NCBI GenBank assembly: GCA_012295275.1
Contig: CM022669.1
Span: 5,580,001 to 5,644,000, forward strand
Direction: 5' to 3'
DNA from: Chrysomallon squamiferum
Lineage: Eukaryota > Animalia > Mollusca
DNA length: 64,000 nt
A program made the translations under genes and the position numbers. Positions 14,501 through 54,005 of the stretch are shown here, piece after piece; the stretch's first letter is position 1, and every line of letters begins with the position of its first letter. Under the pieces are notes generated by a model, which saw nothing but the letters and a program-made list of their open reading frames with translations, searched no databases and was not told where the DNA came from.

Positions 14501-15817
14501 CCCAGGAATTCACAAACTGGTAAACCAAATATTACAGGGCTTCGTGAATGGAAACATCTGGACTTCATAAATGGATAGACTACATTGTTAACTGTAACTT
14601 CATGGATAGGACTTTAACAAACAATAAACACAGAATGGATTTTTTTAAAGATCTTTTCACTTTCAGTGAAGATTTAAAAATGCAAAATAAAACAAAACAA
14701 AACAACAACAACAACAAAAAAAAAAGTAAAATAAATAAATAAAGAAATAAAAATAATAATAATTAGAGACTGACTTTATATAAATAAAAGTATGATTAAC
14801 TATTTTAGAATAATAATTAGAGAGTGATTTTATGTAAATAAAAGTATGATTAACTATTTTAGATCATAATGGCAGGTTTTGAACTAATGAGACTAATGGA
14901 CCAATGATTATTAATTTGAAAACATAATTAATAAACAAGTCAATATTAACATTGAAATAAAATTAAAAATTCATGCCAGATTTCTTACATAACAAATGTC
15001 AACAAAATTTATAATGCCTTCTTTTTAAACATAATTCTTTCCCTTACCCAACATCAACATTGTTTCTACCTGTAGATTTCTGTTGGGATGATATTCATAT
15101 TTAAGACCAAACAAATTTCTAAACAAATAATTGTATAATAGCAAATGTGCTGAATTTGGCAAAATAAGCAAAAGAGAAAAGAAAACATTAAAAGCAGCAA
15201 TTGCGATTTGTCTGTTTAGTTTGTTCAAAAGATCATTATATACATTGTATGAATCAAATCCTGTAATTAATATCAAAACAAATGTAACACATGAAAAAAT
15301 ACAAGTTTCACATTTGTATGCATTAGTTTACAAACCAAAAAATGACAGGTATTGCAAAACATTTACATAAATGTTTATAGTGGTTTATCTAAAAAAAACC
15401 ACAAAAAACCTCCAAACAAAACAAACAAACAAAAAACAACAAAAAACTATATGGAATGAAACCAAATATGACCTCAATGTCATGCTAAAAACACACTGTC
15501 AAATTTTAACTACAGTAATCATGATGGAAGCTCAGCTGATATCTAAAAAAATTATTATTTTCACATCAGATTCCTTATCAATACAAACATAAACCCATCA
15601 TTAATCAAAAAGTACACATATTAATTCTGTCACTATGAAAATAATGTTACACAGTATAATGGTAAAGAATATTATACCATGTCAATTATTTATATTTTAG
15701 CCACAGTATAATCAAATCCAAAAGTCTGTACTGGTGTGATAAAACCTTTATATTATTTAACTAATTTTTGTATTTTTTCTTCCCGAACATTTCTTTATTC
15801 TGTTAAAAAATACAACA

Positions 15818-15857
<40 letters not shown>

Positions 15858-17109
15858 AAAAAAAAAGGGGCTCAGATAAACAAGAAAATATAAAATGGCT
15901 GCCTAACGTCTAGAAAAAGTATGGGCAAACATTTTGTATCATCACAATTAACAAATATACCATGAGAACATGTTATCTTTTGATTAACTATAATTGTATT
16001 ATGGCTCTATGTCTTTCTATTCCATTTATCCTCAAATGATCGGTCAATACTCTCCACTTCAGTTTGTATCGCTGTTCATTTTTTTTTGAGTTTATTTTTC
16101 CTTCTTCAATTTGATCAGCCTAATATTTAATTTGTTTCATGATATGGTTAAAAAAAAAATAATAAAAAAAATAAAGGAGAGCAAAGGAAACGTAGCAATT
16201 TAAATTTGCCCTTATAATGAGTTATATACTTTTACCAAATATTAACTTTTTTTCTTCTGATTAACTATATTTGGAAGACTAAATTCTAAAATGTTGGGAC
16301 ACTGTACTAAAATGTTATGTATATGTGAATGTTTCGATAGCTTCTGGTTATATTTGAAGATATTTTAGAATCAAAATTACATTTATTCAGAAATTTCGGG
16401 ACAGGTCATTTATGGTTTTATCTCTTTTAATTGCTACAAGATGAGATTATTGGTTCTGTGTGTAAATCAGTGTAAAAATTGAAAAAAAGAATGAAGCAAA
16501 AATGCTATGAATACTAGTATAATCTAAACTTTTAAAAAAGAAATAAAAAATATGAAACTTTTTGTGATTTTCAAGGGTCACTGTTTTGCCAAGATGAGAA
16601 ATTTCAGTCAATTAATAAATAAAATTAAAACAGCTATTATATTCTGTTTTGAATCTGGTCTTCTCTTTTTGAAGAAACTTGCTGGCCAGATTATATATGC
16701 ATATTTCTGGACTACATTCTATAAAACCGTATGTTATATAATTTTAAAAATTTTAATTTTTAGCAGCACCTTCTAAAAACACTGTAAAACAGTTCTGCAC
16801 ATTTCATTGGAAAACATTTGGTACTTAAAAAAAAAATTAATACATTTCACTAGAAGAATTCTGTAATTTTAAAATGATATAATACACATTTTACTAGAAA
16901 ATAATTCTGTATTGAAAAAAGTAATACAGATTTTTAATGAAATGAATTTGTTGGGTTTTTTTTTAAATGTAAAATTGGTTCTAGAGATTAAATTTTAGTT
17001 CTGGAGTTTTTCATACAAAATATAGTTATCTGTTACGTATGGCAGGATAATGAAATGAGTTCGCTGTGTAATTCGTGATTTGGGTAGGCCGGACAGAACA
17101 CAAGTGGAA

Positions 17110-43334
<26,225 letters not shown>

Positions 43335-43384
43335 TTTTGAACGAGAGGTGTTGAGAAATAAAATAATCTTCGCGATATAATTAT

Positions 43385-43475
43385 TCATTGCGCATGCGTT
43401 TTTAACAGGAACTACCAGTTTTATGAAATCATGTTTACTAGCAATCAGTGGCCGGTGCTTTTCGGAAGCGGCTCA
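43385..43475 (-). promoter_or_regulatory. SLC12A2 proximal promoter motifs
   Basis: NRF1-like TGCGCATGCG (43389-43398) and ETS/GABP-like CGGAAG (~43463), in a CpG-containing patch just upstream of aaaaATGGCG. Confidence 0.5.
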
Positions 43476-43539
43476 TTAGCAGTAGAAAACGTATACATTT
43501 ATTTAATAATTTCTTTTTTGTTAACTTTTTGTTGGTTTT

Positions 43540-43570
<31 letters not shown>

Positions 43571-44749
43571 TAATATATATATATATAAAATCATCACGTA
43601 GCCTGAATCAACATTTAAAGTTGCTAACAGAGTAGCAATTTACAGGTTGCCATGAAACAACAGAACCGTGGATATTAAACTGATGTCATGTCTTTTCGTA
43701 ATATTTTATTAGTGATAAAAGTAATCGAACGTGATAAGATTTTAGACTTTAACATTTTATCTAAATTTGGATAATTATATACACCAATACCTGCTTTTGA
43801 GGATTTACTTACATTAGCTGAAGACCTGACAGCATAAAAATGGGCATCTTTAATAAATAGGATGAACAAATCTGAAACCTGAAATCTAATATTGAAATAA
43901 ATTATTTTTAAAAACTGATTTTGTCTATATTATTTTGTCATTCTGCGGCTAACTGTTCTAAAAACTGCACAAGGGAGATACATGCGTTATTTATAACAAT
44001 TATATAGAGTGCTATACAGACGAATGTACTAATTTAGGTTTAAATTATGAATTAGCTAAAGGTAATAATATCGAGTATCGAGATCAGTTGCACGTACCAG
44101 GATCTTCTTTTTTTTTTTTTTTTTTTTTTAAACCTCCCGACCAAAGCAGCTTTGCTTCCTAGCATCCCTTTTTGATACTCAATATTGAAGTAAGAATTAT
44201 GAGATATCGGGGTGCACACACACATTTTCACACAAAACACGTTTGATATCTTGGCCCTCCTCCAAAAACTGCATAGCTGTCTGGCCCCCTCTCTCCAAAA
44301 GGTTTCCGACCCCTATTGTAGCCTTTCTAATGATTATAATTAAAAAGTCATCTTACCCTTGAAACCACACATACGAACTCTCTCTCAGAGACACACTGAC
44401 GACGTAAGTTTGACACACGAGTTCAGGCTGGCTTTAACAGCTGTTTACGAAGACATATGCTACGTATTCTTTCTGAATTTTTTTCTTTTCCGTTTTCTTT
44501 TGTTTCAGCATAAATAATACGCCTACACAATTATTCTGTACTTCTATTACTACAATACCGCTTTTTATTTTTATTTTATTTTATTTTTTTTCGGACCTTT
44601 TCTTTTATTTTTTTATTTTTGTTCCGCAAAAAATAATATTATGATTACCACTGTATTGTTAGAGTGAGAGAAAGCAACTATATGGGCGGCTCAATAATAA
44701 ATATTAGTTTTGGAATCGCTTTACATGTTTCCTTCAGGCTAGAGTTCAC

Positions 44750-44800
<51 letters not shown>

Positions 44801-44830
44801 TTCTGTTATTTTTATTGCTATTATTGTCAC

Positions 44831-44878
<48 letters not shown>

Positions 44879-44882
44879 CATC
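44750..44882. repeat. (ATT)n microsatellite
   Basis: Two long ATT tracts. Confidence 0.9.
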
Positions 44883-45347
44883 ATTTCATATAACTGTTGT
44901 TGTTAATAATGATTATTGTTGTTGTTCTCGTCTTCATTATTATTATTTTCTTTTCTTTGTTTTCCTTTTTTAGAGTACGGATAATGTTTGTATGCTGCCT
45001 GACAAAATAATTTGCTACTGTTATTTAAGTAAATGTTTGTTATACATTGTTGTTAATGATTATATAAATTATTTGTTGTATTTTAGTACCTACTTTTATT
45101 CATAATATTTTATTTACATAATTTACTTACGCGCGTTTAACAATATATTGTGCATACACAGTTCATACTTGTAACAGTGTTTAAAGCCAACATATCTCAG
45201 CTCGTTTTATATTTTCCTCAAGAACTCTTCATTCATGTATATCATGTGACTAAACATTTCTTTGACAGGTCAACCAGGTGTCAAAAACAGGCTATTATGG
45301 AAGTCTTCCATGCATTTCCATTTGACGATATAAACAGAAGCCCGCAC

Positions 45348-45350
<3 letters not shown>

Positions 45351-45410
<60 letters not shown>
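45351..45410. repeat. (TG)n microsatellite
   Basis: Perfect TG run. Confidence 0.9.
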
Positions 45411-45413
<3 letters not shown>

Positions 45414-45466
45414 ACTCTACTTTAGACTGTAAAAAATAATATATCACGATTCTCTTCACACTAGAG

Positions 45467-45761
45467 CAACGGTTGCCAACCAGACGTCCACTCAGGGAGT
45501 AATGGTGGTTAACGAGCTACATTCAAAATGTCGCAAGGCTGAGATGTGTAATAATAATAATGTATAAAAACACTCAGAATAGGCTTATAAAATTAAATTA
45601 AAAGTTTCATACATCTTTAAATGCCTTTTCAGTTTTAATCACACTCGAAGATGAAACTTAGAAAATGAGTTTGATGTTATTTCGTAAGATCACAAAAAGG
45701 TTGGCGTCCGTGTGAAAATTCATTTAAGTAAACAAGTAGAAAAAACGTTTGGGAGCCACTG
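45467..45761. mobile_element. hAT (Charlie-like) MITE
   Basis: Imperfect TIRs CAACGGTTGCCAACC / GTTTGGGAGCCACTG; 8-bp target-site duplication CACTAGAG/GACTAGAG fits the NTCTAGAN-type target preference. Confidence 0.7.
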
Positions 45762-46152
45762 GACTAGAGTGTAGAGGTGATCATTTTTTTCCAGTAAACC
45801 TATAACACTAAGTTGTTGTTTATTTATTATTATCTTTTATTAACGAAAGCATTACTATACATTTATTAAATCATACACTTACAGCATAAAATATTAACAG
45901 TTTTTACAATACTATAAACATAAATAAACTGAAGATTAAACATTTATTTAATCAAACAAAATCAAAATGGTAGCAAGCTTTCAAATGTCTGTCTATAAAA
46001 AATGAATATATATGTCAACGGACAGAGTAAGTTATAACTACAGTTTAATATATATTGTTATTTTGCTGATGTTTTCTTTGAATGTTAGTGAGAGTCTTTA
46101 GTATTTGTGACGAGCTTTATCTTTGTTCATTTGTTTGTTAGCTTAGTCCCGC

Positions 46153-48773
46153 TTAGTTTCCTTGTCCTGACTTTCGCATCATTTCTTGCATTTCTGGTGT
46201 TAGAAATCTTTGTTCCAAGTTTCCCATCAACCTTTGTCTTAGTTCTCTTTGTCCGTTTTCTAGGAAAACGTGTGGGCTTATTCCTACCTCACCGTACAGC
46301 TGTCGATGCATCTGTTGTTTCATCCGATCTTGAAAGATCCCGTTTGCAGTACCAAAAACACTCGAAACAAGTCCCTGTGCAGCATTATAAAGAAATCTAC
46401 CCGCATTAAATACAGTTCTTATTATATCCACAAATAACATATCCTGTTGTTCCCTTTCTTTTTGTTGCATTAGTTCTTTTATTTTTTGTTCCATCAATTC
46501 TTTTTCCTTTCTGTTTTCTTTCTCTTTTTGTTGCATTAGTTCTTTTATTTTTGGTTCCATCAATTCTTGTTCCTTTCTGTTTTCTTTCATTTTTGGTTCC
46601 ATCAATTCTTGTTCCTTTCTGTTTTCTTTCATTTTTTGTTCCATCAATTCTTGTTCCTTTCTGTTTTCTTTCTCTTTTTGTTGCATTAGTTCTTTCATTT
46701 TTTGTTCCATCAATTCTTGTTCCTTTCTGTTTTCTTTCTCTTTTTCTGGCATTAGTTCTTTCATTTTTTGTTCCATCAATTTTTGTTCCTTTCTCTTTTC
46801 TTCCTCTTTTTGTCGCCTCTCCTCTTCCTCTGCTTCTTGTAGCATTTCTGATGTGTAGTATGCTACTCCATGTTTAGATAAATTTTCACCAACTTCTTTC
46901 AGGATCTTCTCAACCTGCTCTGTATTTTTCTCTGAATCTTTTTCCATATTATTTATTCCAAAATATCTGTCTTCAATCTCTCTGAGAAAATTTTGCAGAT
47001 CATTAGGAGCTGTCTTCATAAGCTGTTTTAGATTTTTTCCTTGGCTTCGCAAATCATCAGTGCAAGTAAACAACAGAAACAAGTACTGCAGCATTCCTTC
47101 ACCAAAATTCTTTTTGAAAAATTCAATTATCTTTCGTTGGTCCGCGGTAAATCGATCTGTTGATTTCATGACAAGGATAAAGGCGTGCGGACCTGGAAGA
47201 CTCATTTTAACACATCTTTTTATTTCCTTACTAACCTCATCTTGTGACAGGTTAGTGTCCAGAAATCCGGGTGTGTCAATAATTTCTAATTCGTAACCAG
47301 CCCGATTTGAAGTTTCCTTTTTACTCGTTCTTGTAACCGACGACAGGCTCGCTTTAGAACGGAATGCAGTTTTTCCGAGGATAGAGTTAGCTGATGCACT
47401 TTTACCTGCTCCCGTGCTTCCAATTATAACTAGTCTGAATTTCTTGTTTTTTTGGGAAGCTGAAAATAATGTTGAAGATACATTATTATAAAAATTATCT
47501 TCCACATAATCAAATCAAACATTTTTTTTTAGTGGGTCAAGAAAAATTGTTATATGGGAAACTCTTAGGTCTGGGTTTGTTTGGGTTTTATTTTTTTTTA
47601 TTTTTTTATTTTTTCATTAATATATTATTATTCACGCACTTGTTGAACTTACTATTATTATCATTTTCAGATGGGGCCACGGTGTGACCTGTTAGATTCT
47701 TGGAAATTCATTTCACACCAACCTCATAGATATATTTCCGTAATTCGTTTATTTCTATATATTTATATAATAAAGAAGAAATAATATGTCGGATCTCTCT
47801 CGAAAAAAAAAAAAAAAAGAGAAAAAAAAGCGGCCTACAAGATTATTTATCATGCCTAATCTTATGCCACATATAATTTTCAGAATGCCGCTTTCAATTT
47901 TAACCGCTTAATCGATTTTCACTTCTTTCAATATGAACAGTTAATGACATACAATGATAATTACACAGCTGATCTACACTGACGAAATATGATAATCTTG
48001 TTGTTAATTAAAATACTCCTCAACCCCCCGAAAAAACATGAATGATAATAAGTTTAATAATATAATCATTTTAAACAGCAAGTAGCAGATAAAATGTACG
48101 GCGAGGTGAGGCTACAACATTATCATGCAAATGCACTGACATCATACTGAAACTGCTGAACAAGGAAATATTTAATTTTATATATCAAATGCCAACTGAC
48201 AGCATAGCTTATATATAGTTTCCAATCATAGTTAGTCTGATTTTATTGACACATTGGTCAGTTGAAGAAAACGTTGAAGAGACTTTAGTATAAAAATCTT
48301 CCACATAATAAAATCAAACATCTTTGTTCTCATTTTCATTGCTTAATTAAAAGGTTTTAATGGATGAAAAAAACTGTTATAAGAGAAAGTGTTCTAACAT
48401 TTTTTTTTTGTTGTTGTTTTTTTGTTGCATTAACTCACCTTAATTCAGTTACGAGCTCGGTCACGGAACTAATTAAACTCATAATTCAAGGTATCACTGT
48501 ATAATCATTTTAAACTGCATCTAGCTGTACACAAAATGTATGGCGATTTCGACACCTGAAGAAAATTTCGCAGGTGGTGAGTTTGCCAATATACGTGCTT
48601 TATATAACAACTGTTGGTAAAAACCGATTTCATCTGACAATAAACCATTTAGATGTTTTGTAATTAGGTAGTTAAATCTGTAAACCTAAATAATAAATAA
48701 CAAATCAACTAATATTCACCAAACTGACATATGCAAAAAGAAAACAAAAATATATAATCTCACCTTGCTGCAT
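46153..48773 (-). CDS. GIMAP/AIG1-family GTPase, intact copy (2 exons, about 438 aa)
   Basis: Coding mini-exon ATGCAGCAAG|gtgaga (48764-48773) joins in phase 1 to tttcag|CTTCCC exon 46153-47459. G1 GSTGAGKS, G2 SVT, G3 DTPG, conserved box PGPHAFILV, then a repetitive E/K/Q coiled coil. Confidence 0.9.
48255..48395 (-). pseudogene. Relic acceptor region of a collapsed GIMAP copy inside the intron of the intact GIMAP
   Basis: Aligns to 52468-52622 (cttccacataataaaatcaaacatcttt...aaaaggttttaat...gaaagtgtt), but the AG acceptor is altered and no coding exon follows. Confidence 0.65.
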
Positions 48774-49670
48774 GTTGCCGAGTTATTTTGTTTCAACTTC
48801 AGTGTCTTACTGCGAAATGTGCACACGGAAATATTTAGTAAATGTATAGCCAGTTGTCACAGGCTACAAGTTAAACATATGAGATCATACACTGAAACTG
48901 TACAAGGAAATATTTAGTAACAAATACCACCTGACAGCATTGCTTGTATATAGTATATTATATCAAATGTTTAAATATATACTGCTGAAATAAAACATAA
49001 AATAAATTCTTTCAGTTTTAACTTTGAATGGTGGTACACAACTCATCTGGGAAATTGATAAATAAGAACAGAAAGATTATTTCTATTATTAAAAACAGAA
49101 TTATTGAAGATGAAAACTACGATTTTTAATTCAACAGCAGTTATTATCTTTGTTTATTTAACACTTGTATGAACAAACAGTCCAAATACATGTATATTTA
49201 TACAAATTAGAAAATATTAGTATTATATATTTACCAATTGTCATAGGCTACAAATTCATTATGTAAACATAGCTACAAAATTACATTAAGCAGAGTCTGA
49301 ACATAGAAATATTTAATTATAAATATATCAATATCAAATCACCGACAACAGTCCTATCCAGTTATAGTAAATTATATCAGATCTTTAAATAAGAACCGAA
49401 ATAAAACAAGAAATATATTGTGCGGATCTTTGAATGGATATTCGGTGCACTACTGAGAAAATGACACCAATGTAATAAATAAGAAAAAAATAAAAATAAA
49501 AATCCCAATCATTTCTGTTATCAAAAGAGAATTATGGAGGATTAAACCTATAAATGTTTAAAATTCAGCAGCGGTTATTCCCATTATTTATTTAACATGT
49601 GTTTGGTATATAAATAAACAGCCTAAATACATTGTGTATATCTGCAAATAATGATACTGTTTATTTACTG

Positions 49671-49704
<34 letters not shown>

Positions 49705-50935
49705 AATTAACGTAAGTGTAGTATATATTTTATCATTATCATTATGATGGTAACATTCGATTAATATTTTATTGTTGTTGTGCTTTTTTTGGTACGTACA
49801 TTTTGTCACGGAATTCAGATTGTGTAACCAACTTTGTTACCTCAGTCAGAGATCCGCTCTTTGTATATTTAAGCTATGGAATTGAAATTGTGTAACTTTA
49901 ATTATTACTACAATCACATCCGCTCTTTTTATTGTTTCCGCAAATTTCTCAGCTCTATGGCGTTGTTATAAAAAGGGCTGACTTTTAGTAATTAAGAAAG
50001 TGTGCCCGTCGTAGACGTGCTTCACAACAGTTTGCTCTGATTAGCACGTTAACTTTTTCATTCATTCATTCATTCAGTAATTAACGTGCTTCACAACAGC
50101 TTGCTCTGATTAGCACGTTAATTTTGTTCACATTCACATTGTATAATGTATTATCAAGTCACCTGTATATCATAATTAAATAATTATCGTTTTATCTTTT
50201 CCTCAAGAACTTTTCTTTCTTGATACACTATCTTTTCACGTAACATCATGACATTTCCACTAGAAAAAAAAGAATTATTTTACAATGATTCACTCAGTAT
50301 ATCGTGTATATTATTTATTTCGTTCCGAATCCTCATATAATTTTGTCCCCCAATAGACATACGCAAAGCACGCCCGCAGCAAACACTTTATCTGTATTTA
50401 TATCCTAGCTACAACTGTGTCTATATAATATGCCCATAAGCACAACCCAGAGAAATACCTCATATCTCTGTTACTATAAATCTTTATTTTCTCGTAATAA
50501 TAATAAAATTAGAATGATACTGTAAGAAAATATAAAGCAACGATACGGGTTGTTTAAAGCCAACATGTCTGAATATGTTTGATCTTTTCCTGAAAAACTC
50601 TTCATTCTCAAGGAAAATATATTACGTGACTAACATTTCATCGACAGATAGGCTTTTCTATACACCTTTTGTGAATATGCAGTCGAATAGTCAGATCCCC
50701 GCACATGTATTTGTGTGTTTCAGAATTCTTTTCAGACGTGCGCGACGTATACTGTTACAAAAGGTGCTGGGTGCATTCATTGTATCTCTTTATTCGGACT
50801 TAATAAATATTAATAAATATTTTGGGATGATTTTCAAGAAGAAAAATGAATCTATTGGCTTGTTTGTAAGAACTATACCTGCACGTATTTATAATATATT
50901 ATGGAATTATCCATTAAGTCTACTATAGACTAGAT

Positions 50936-51249
50936 CAATTGTCGACATCTTATGGTATATGGACCTGGGACTTTACAAAAGCAGTACTGACTGTTAGCGG
51001 ACTACGTTCAAAATTTCAAAAAGCTGCTATATAATGTGCAATTACTCTCTGGCTGATAAAGATAAATTAAGACCTTTCATATATCTTTAAATGCATTTTA
51101 TTATTATACATCGTCACACTGAAAGATGAAACTTACAAAATGAGGTTTTTGGGGGGAGTTTTTTTGTTATTTAATAAAATCACCAAAAGCCTGGGATCCA
51201 TGCAAAAATTCATTTAAGTAAACATGTAGAAAAAAAATTGGTACCGCTG
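50936..51249. mobile_element. Older, diverged copy of the hAT MITE in the second GIMAP unit
   Basis: Interior similar to 45467-45761; right end 'ttggtaccgctg|atctagag'. Confidence 0.55.
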
Positions 51250-51873
51250 ATCTAGAGTGTAGACTGATCCTTTTTACGTAAATGAATATATTGTTTGTTG
51301 ATTATTTTTTTGTATTAATGTGTTGAACAGCATTGCAATACATTTATTAAATCACATACTTACAGCATAAAATAATAATAATTGTTAAAATATAATACAC
51401 TGAACATTAAACATTTATTTAACCAAACAAATAAAAATGTTAGCAAGTTTCAAATATTATTATCTATAAAATTAATATCTACATCAACGGCCAAGAAAAT
51501 TATAACCACGTGTTAGTAGGAAATATGAGCAAGTTGACATACTCATTTAAAAATATTATAATATGCCATAAGGATTCTTTAACGGTTAGCTTTGCCCCTG
51601 GACGAAAATCTTAAAATAACCCATTCCACTTTTTTCTTATTGTTATTATTTTTTAATAACAGCGCTAGATATAATGTTAAATAGTCCGTAACACGCGTTA
51701 GAAAATCATCTCATTTCTTCCTTTCTTCGTCTCATCACCTTCTGTCGCTCTCTGAATTCTTTTTGTTTTCGTTGCTTCTTTTCTTATTTCTTTCTCGTTT
51801 CTTCCTGTTTTCGTTGCTCATCTTTTTCTTGTTTTCTGAGTTCTTCCGCTTATAGCATTTCTGACGTGTAGGG

Positions 51874-53394
51874 TTATACTTCATGTTGAGATAAATGTGA
51901 ATAAATTGTGTTTAGGATACTCTCAACTTGATTTTCAATTTCCCTTTTATCTGTTTCATTATTGTTTATTATAAAATACCTGTCTTTAATTTCTTTCAGA
52001 AGACGTTTAGTATCAGTATCTCCCGTACTGATGAACTCATCGAAGGACATTCCAGATTGTTTCAGTTCATCCTTTCTAGTAAATAACAAAAACAAGTATT
52101 GCATTATGTTTTCACCAAAATTCTTTTTGAAAAATTCAATTACTTCGAAATTGTCTTTGGTAAATCGTCCGATTCTGACGACAAGGATAAAGGCGGTTGG
52201 ACCTGGAAGACACATTTTAACACATCTTTTTATTTCCTCACTGACCTCATCTTCTGACATGTTAGTGTCCAGAAATCCGGGTGTGTCAATAACTTTTAAT
52301 TCATGATCAAATCGATTTGCAGTTGCTTCTTGACATTTCTTTGTCAACGACAAAAAGCCATCTCCAGAAAGAAATGCACCTTCTCCGAGGATTGAGTTAG
52401 CTGATGCACTTTTGCCTTGGCCCGTTTTTCCAATCATAATCATCTGGAGTTTCTTACTTTGTGGAGCTGAAGAAAACAATGAAGAAACATTAGTAGAAAA
52501 ATTATCTTCCACATAATAAAATCAAACATCTTTTTTTCTCATTTTCTCATCTTTTTTTTTCACTCTCAATGCTTAACCAAAAGGTTTTAATATATGAAGA
52601 AAACTGTCATACGGGAAAGTGTTGGGGTTTAGGTGTTTTGGGGGTTTTTTTTGGAAGAGTATTAAGACATTATTATGCACGAATTTGTTTAACCTCTTAT
52701 TATTATTATTATTTTTAGATGGAGCCGCGGTATGACCTGTTAGTCACAGGAAATTGATTTGACACCAACATATAAAATAGAAGAAATAATAATTCGGAAT
52801 ATAAGAAAAAATAATTCAATTTACAAGATTATTAATGACGTCTAGTCTTATTCCTTATATTATTAAGAATGCCATATTCAGTATTACCGAGCTTTTGATC
52901 GTAACAGATTAATAGATTTTCACTTGACAATACCAGTATGAACAGTTATTAACAGGTAGTGATAATTATACAGTTAATCTACGTTCTCGAACATAAGAAT
53001 CTTGTATAAGAATTTTTTTTTTTCGGTTTCTTTTTATTTAATAGAACAAAAAAAAACCACCCAAACAAACAAAAACAACAAACATGAATGATAATAAATT
53101 TAATAATATAATCATTTTAAACACTATCTAGCTGTACACAAAATGTACGGCGATTTCGCCTGTACTGAAATTTCGCAGGTAATGAGTTCGCCTCGGTTGG
53201 ATCGACAATATAACTGCTTTATAAAACAATTGGTTGGCTCAAGTTGGTAAATACTGACTTGATCTGACAATGAATGGAGTAGATGTGTTGTAATTAGATA
53301 ATTAAAATTTTAAACTTGATTAATAAATAGCATATTTATTAAACTGACACATGCCAAAAAAAACCAACAGCAATATAATCTCACCTCGCTGCAT
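51874..53394 (-). CDS. GIMAP/AIG1 GTPase copy 2, truncated after the G domain (about 200 aa; possible pseudogene)
   Basis: Mini-exon ATGCAGCGAG|gtgaga 53385-53394 plus exon 51874-52466. G1 GKTGQGKS, DTPG, G4 TRKDEL are intact. TAA follows HEV and a second TAA follows SEML; a decayed coiled-coil tail continues to about 51700. Confidence 0.8.
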
Positions 53395-53935
53395 GTTGCC
53401 GAGTTATTTTATTTCAACTTCAGTGTGTTACTGCGAAATGCGCACACGGAAATATTTAGTAAATGTATAGCCAGTTGTCACAGGCTACAACTTAAACATA
53501 TGAGATCATACACTGAAACTGTACAAGGAAATATTTAGTAACAAATACTACCTGACAGCATAGCTTGTATATAGTATATTATATCAAATGTTTAAATATG
53601 TACTGCTGAAATAAAACATAAAATAAATTCTTTTCGATCTTTCAATGAGGGTTCACAACTCATCTGGGAAATTGATAAATAAGAACAGAAAGATTGTTTC
53701 TATTATAAAAACAGAATTATTGAAGATGAAAACTACGATTTTTAATTCAACAGCAGTTATTATCTTTGTTTATTTAACACTTGTTTGGTGTATGATGTAA
53801 ACATAGCTACAAAATTACATTAAGCAGAATCTGAACAAGGAAATATTTTAGCATCAAATCACTAAGAACATTGCTAAGAACTGAAATGAAAGAAGAAATA
53901 TATTGTGTCGGATCTTTGAATGACACCAAATAAGA

Positions 53936-53984
<49 letters not shown>

Positions 53985-54005
53985 GTAATAATAATAATAA
54001 TAATA
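53936..54005. repeat. (AAT)n microsatellite
   Basis: Long AAT tract. Confidence 0.85.

Larger units (their letters stand above)
44329..46410. repeat. Segmental duplication, copy A (direct copy at 60325-62320)
   Basis: About 2 kb of near-identical sequence including the (ATT)n tract, (TG)n tract, MITE and GIMAP 3' end. Confidence 0.95.

Noticed and set aside
9103-17109. Possible gene in the 8-kb gap between the convergent FBXO22 and SLC12A2 ends
   Set aside because: Only short low-complexity ORFs; consistent with long 3' UTRs or intergenic DNA
43335-43388. Longer SLC12A2 N-terminus starting MNNYIAK
   Set aside because: This ATG abuts the NRF1-like promoter motif and aaaaATGG at 43334 has better context; not fully excluded
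46551-46877. Plus-strand repetitive hydrophobic ORF, and similar shadow ORFs at 1663, 47060, 51962 and 61998
   Set aside because: Antisense shadows of real coding sequence
47460-47505. GTG-initiated 'MEDNF...' N-terminus of the GIMAP ORFs (also 52467-52512 and 62607-62652)
   Set aside because: It lies upstream of a clear acceptor; the in-phase ATG mini-exon explains the start better
48800-49060. GGAAAT/GAAA motifs suggesting NF-kB or IRF sites in the GIMAP promoter
   Set aside because: Only half-sites, which are expected by chance in such AT-rich DNA
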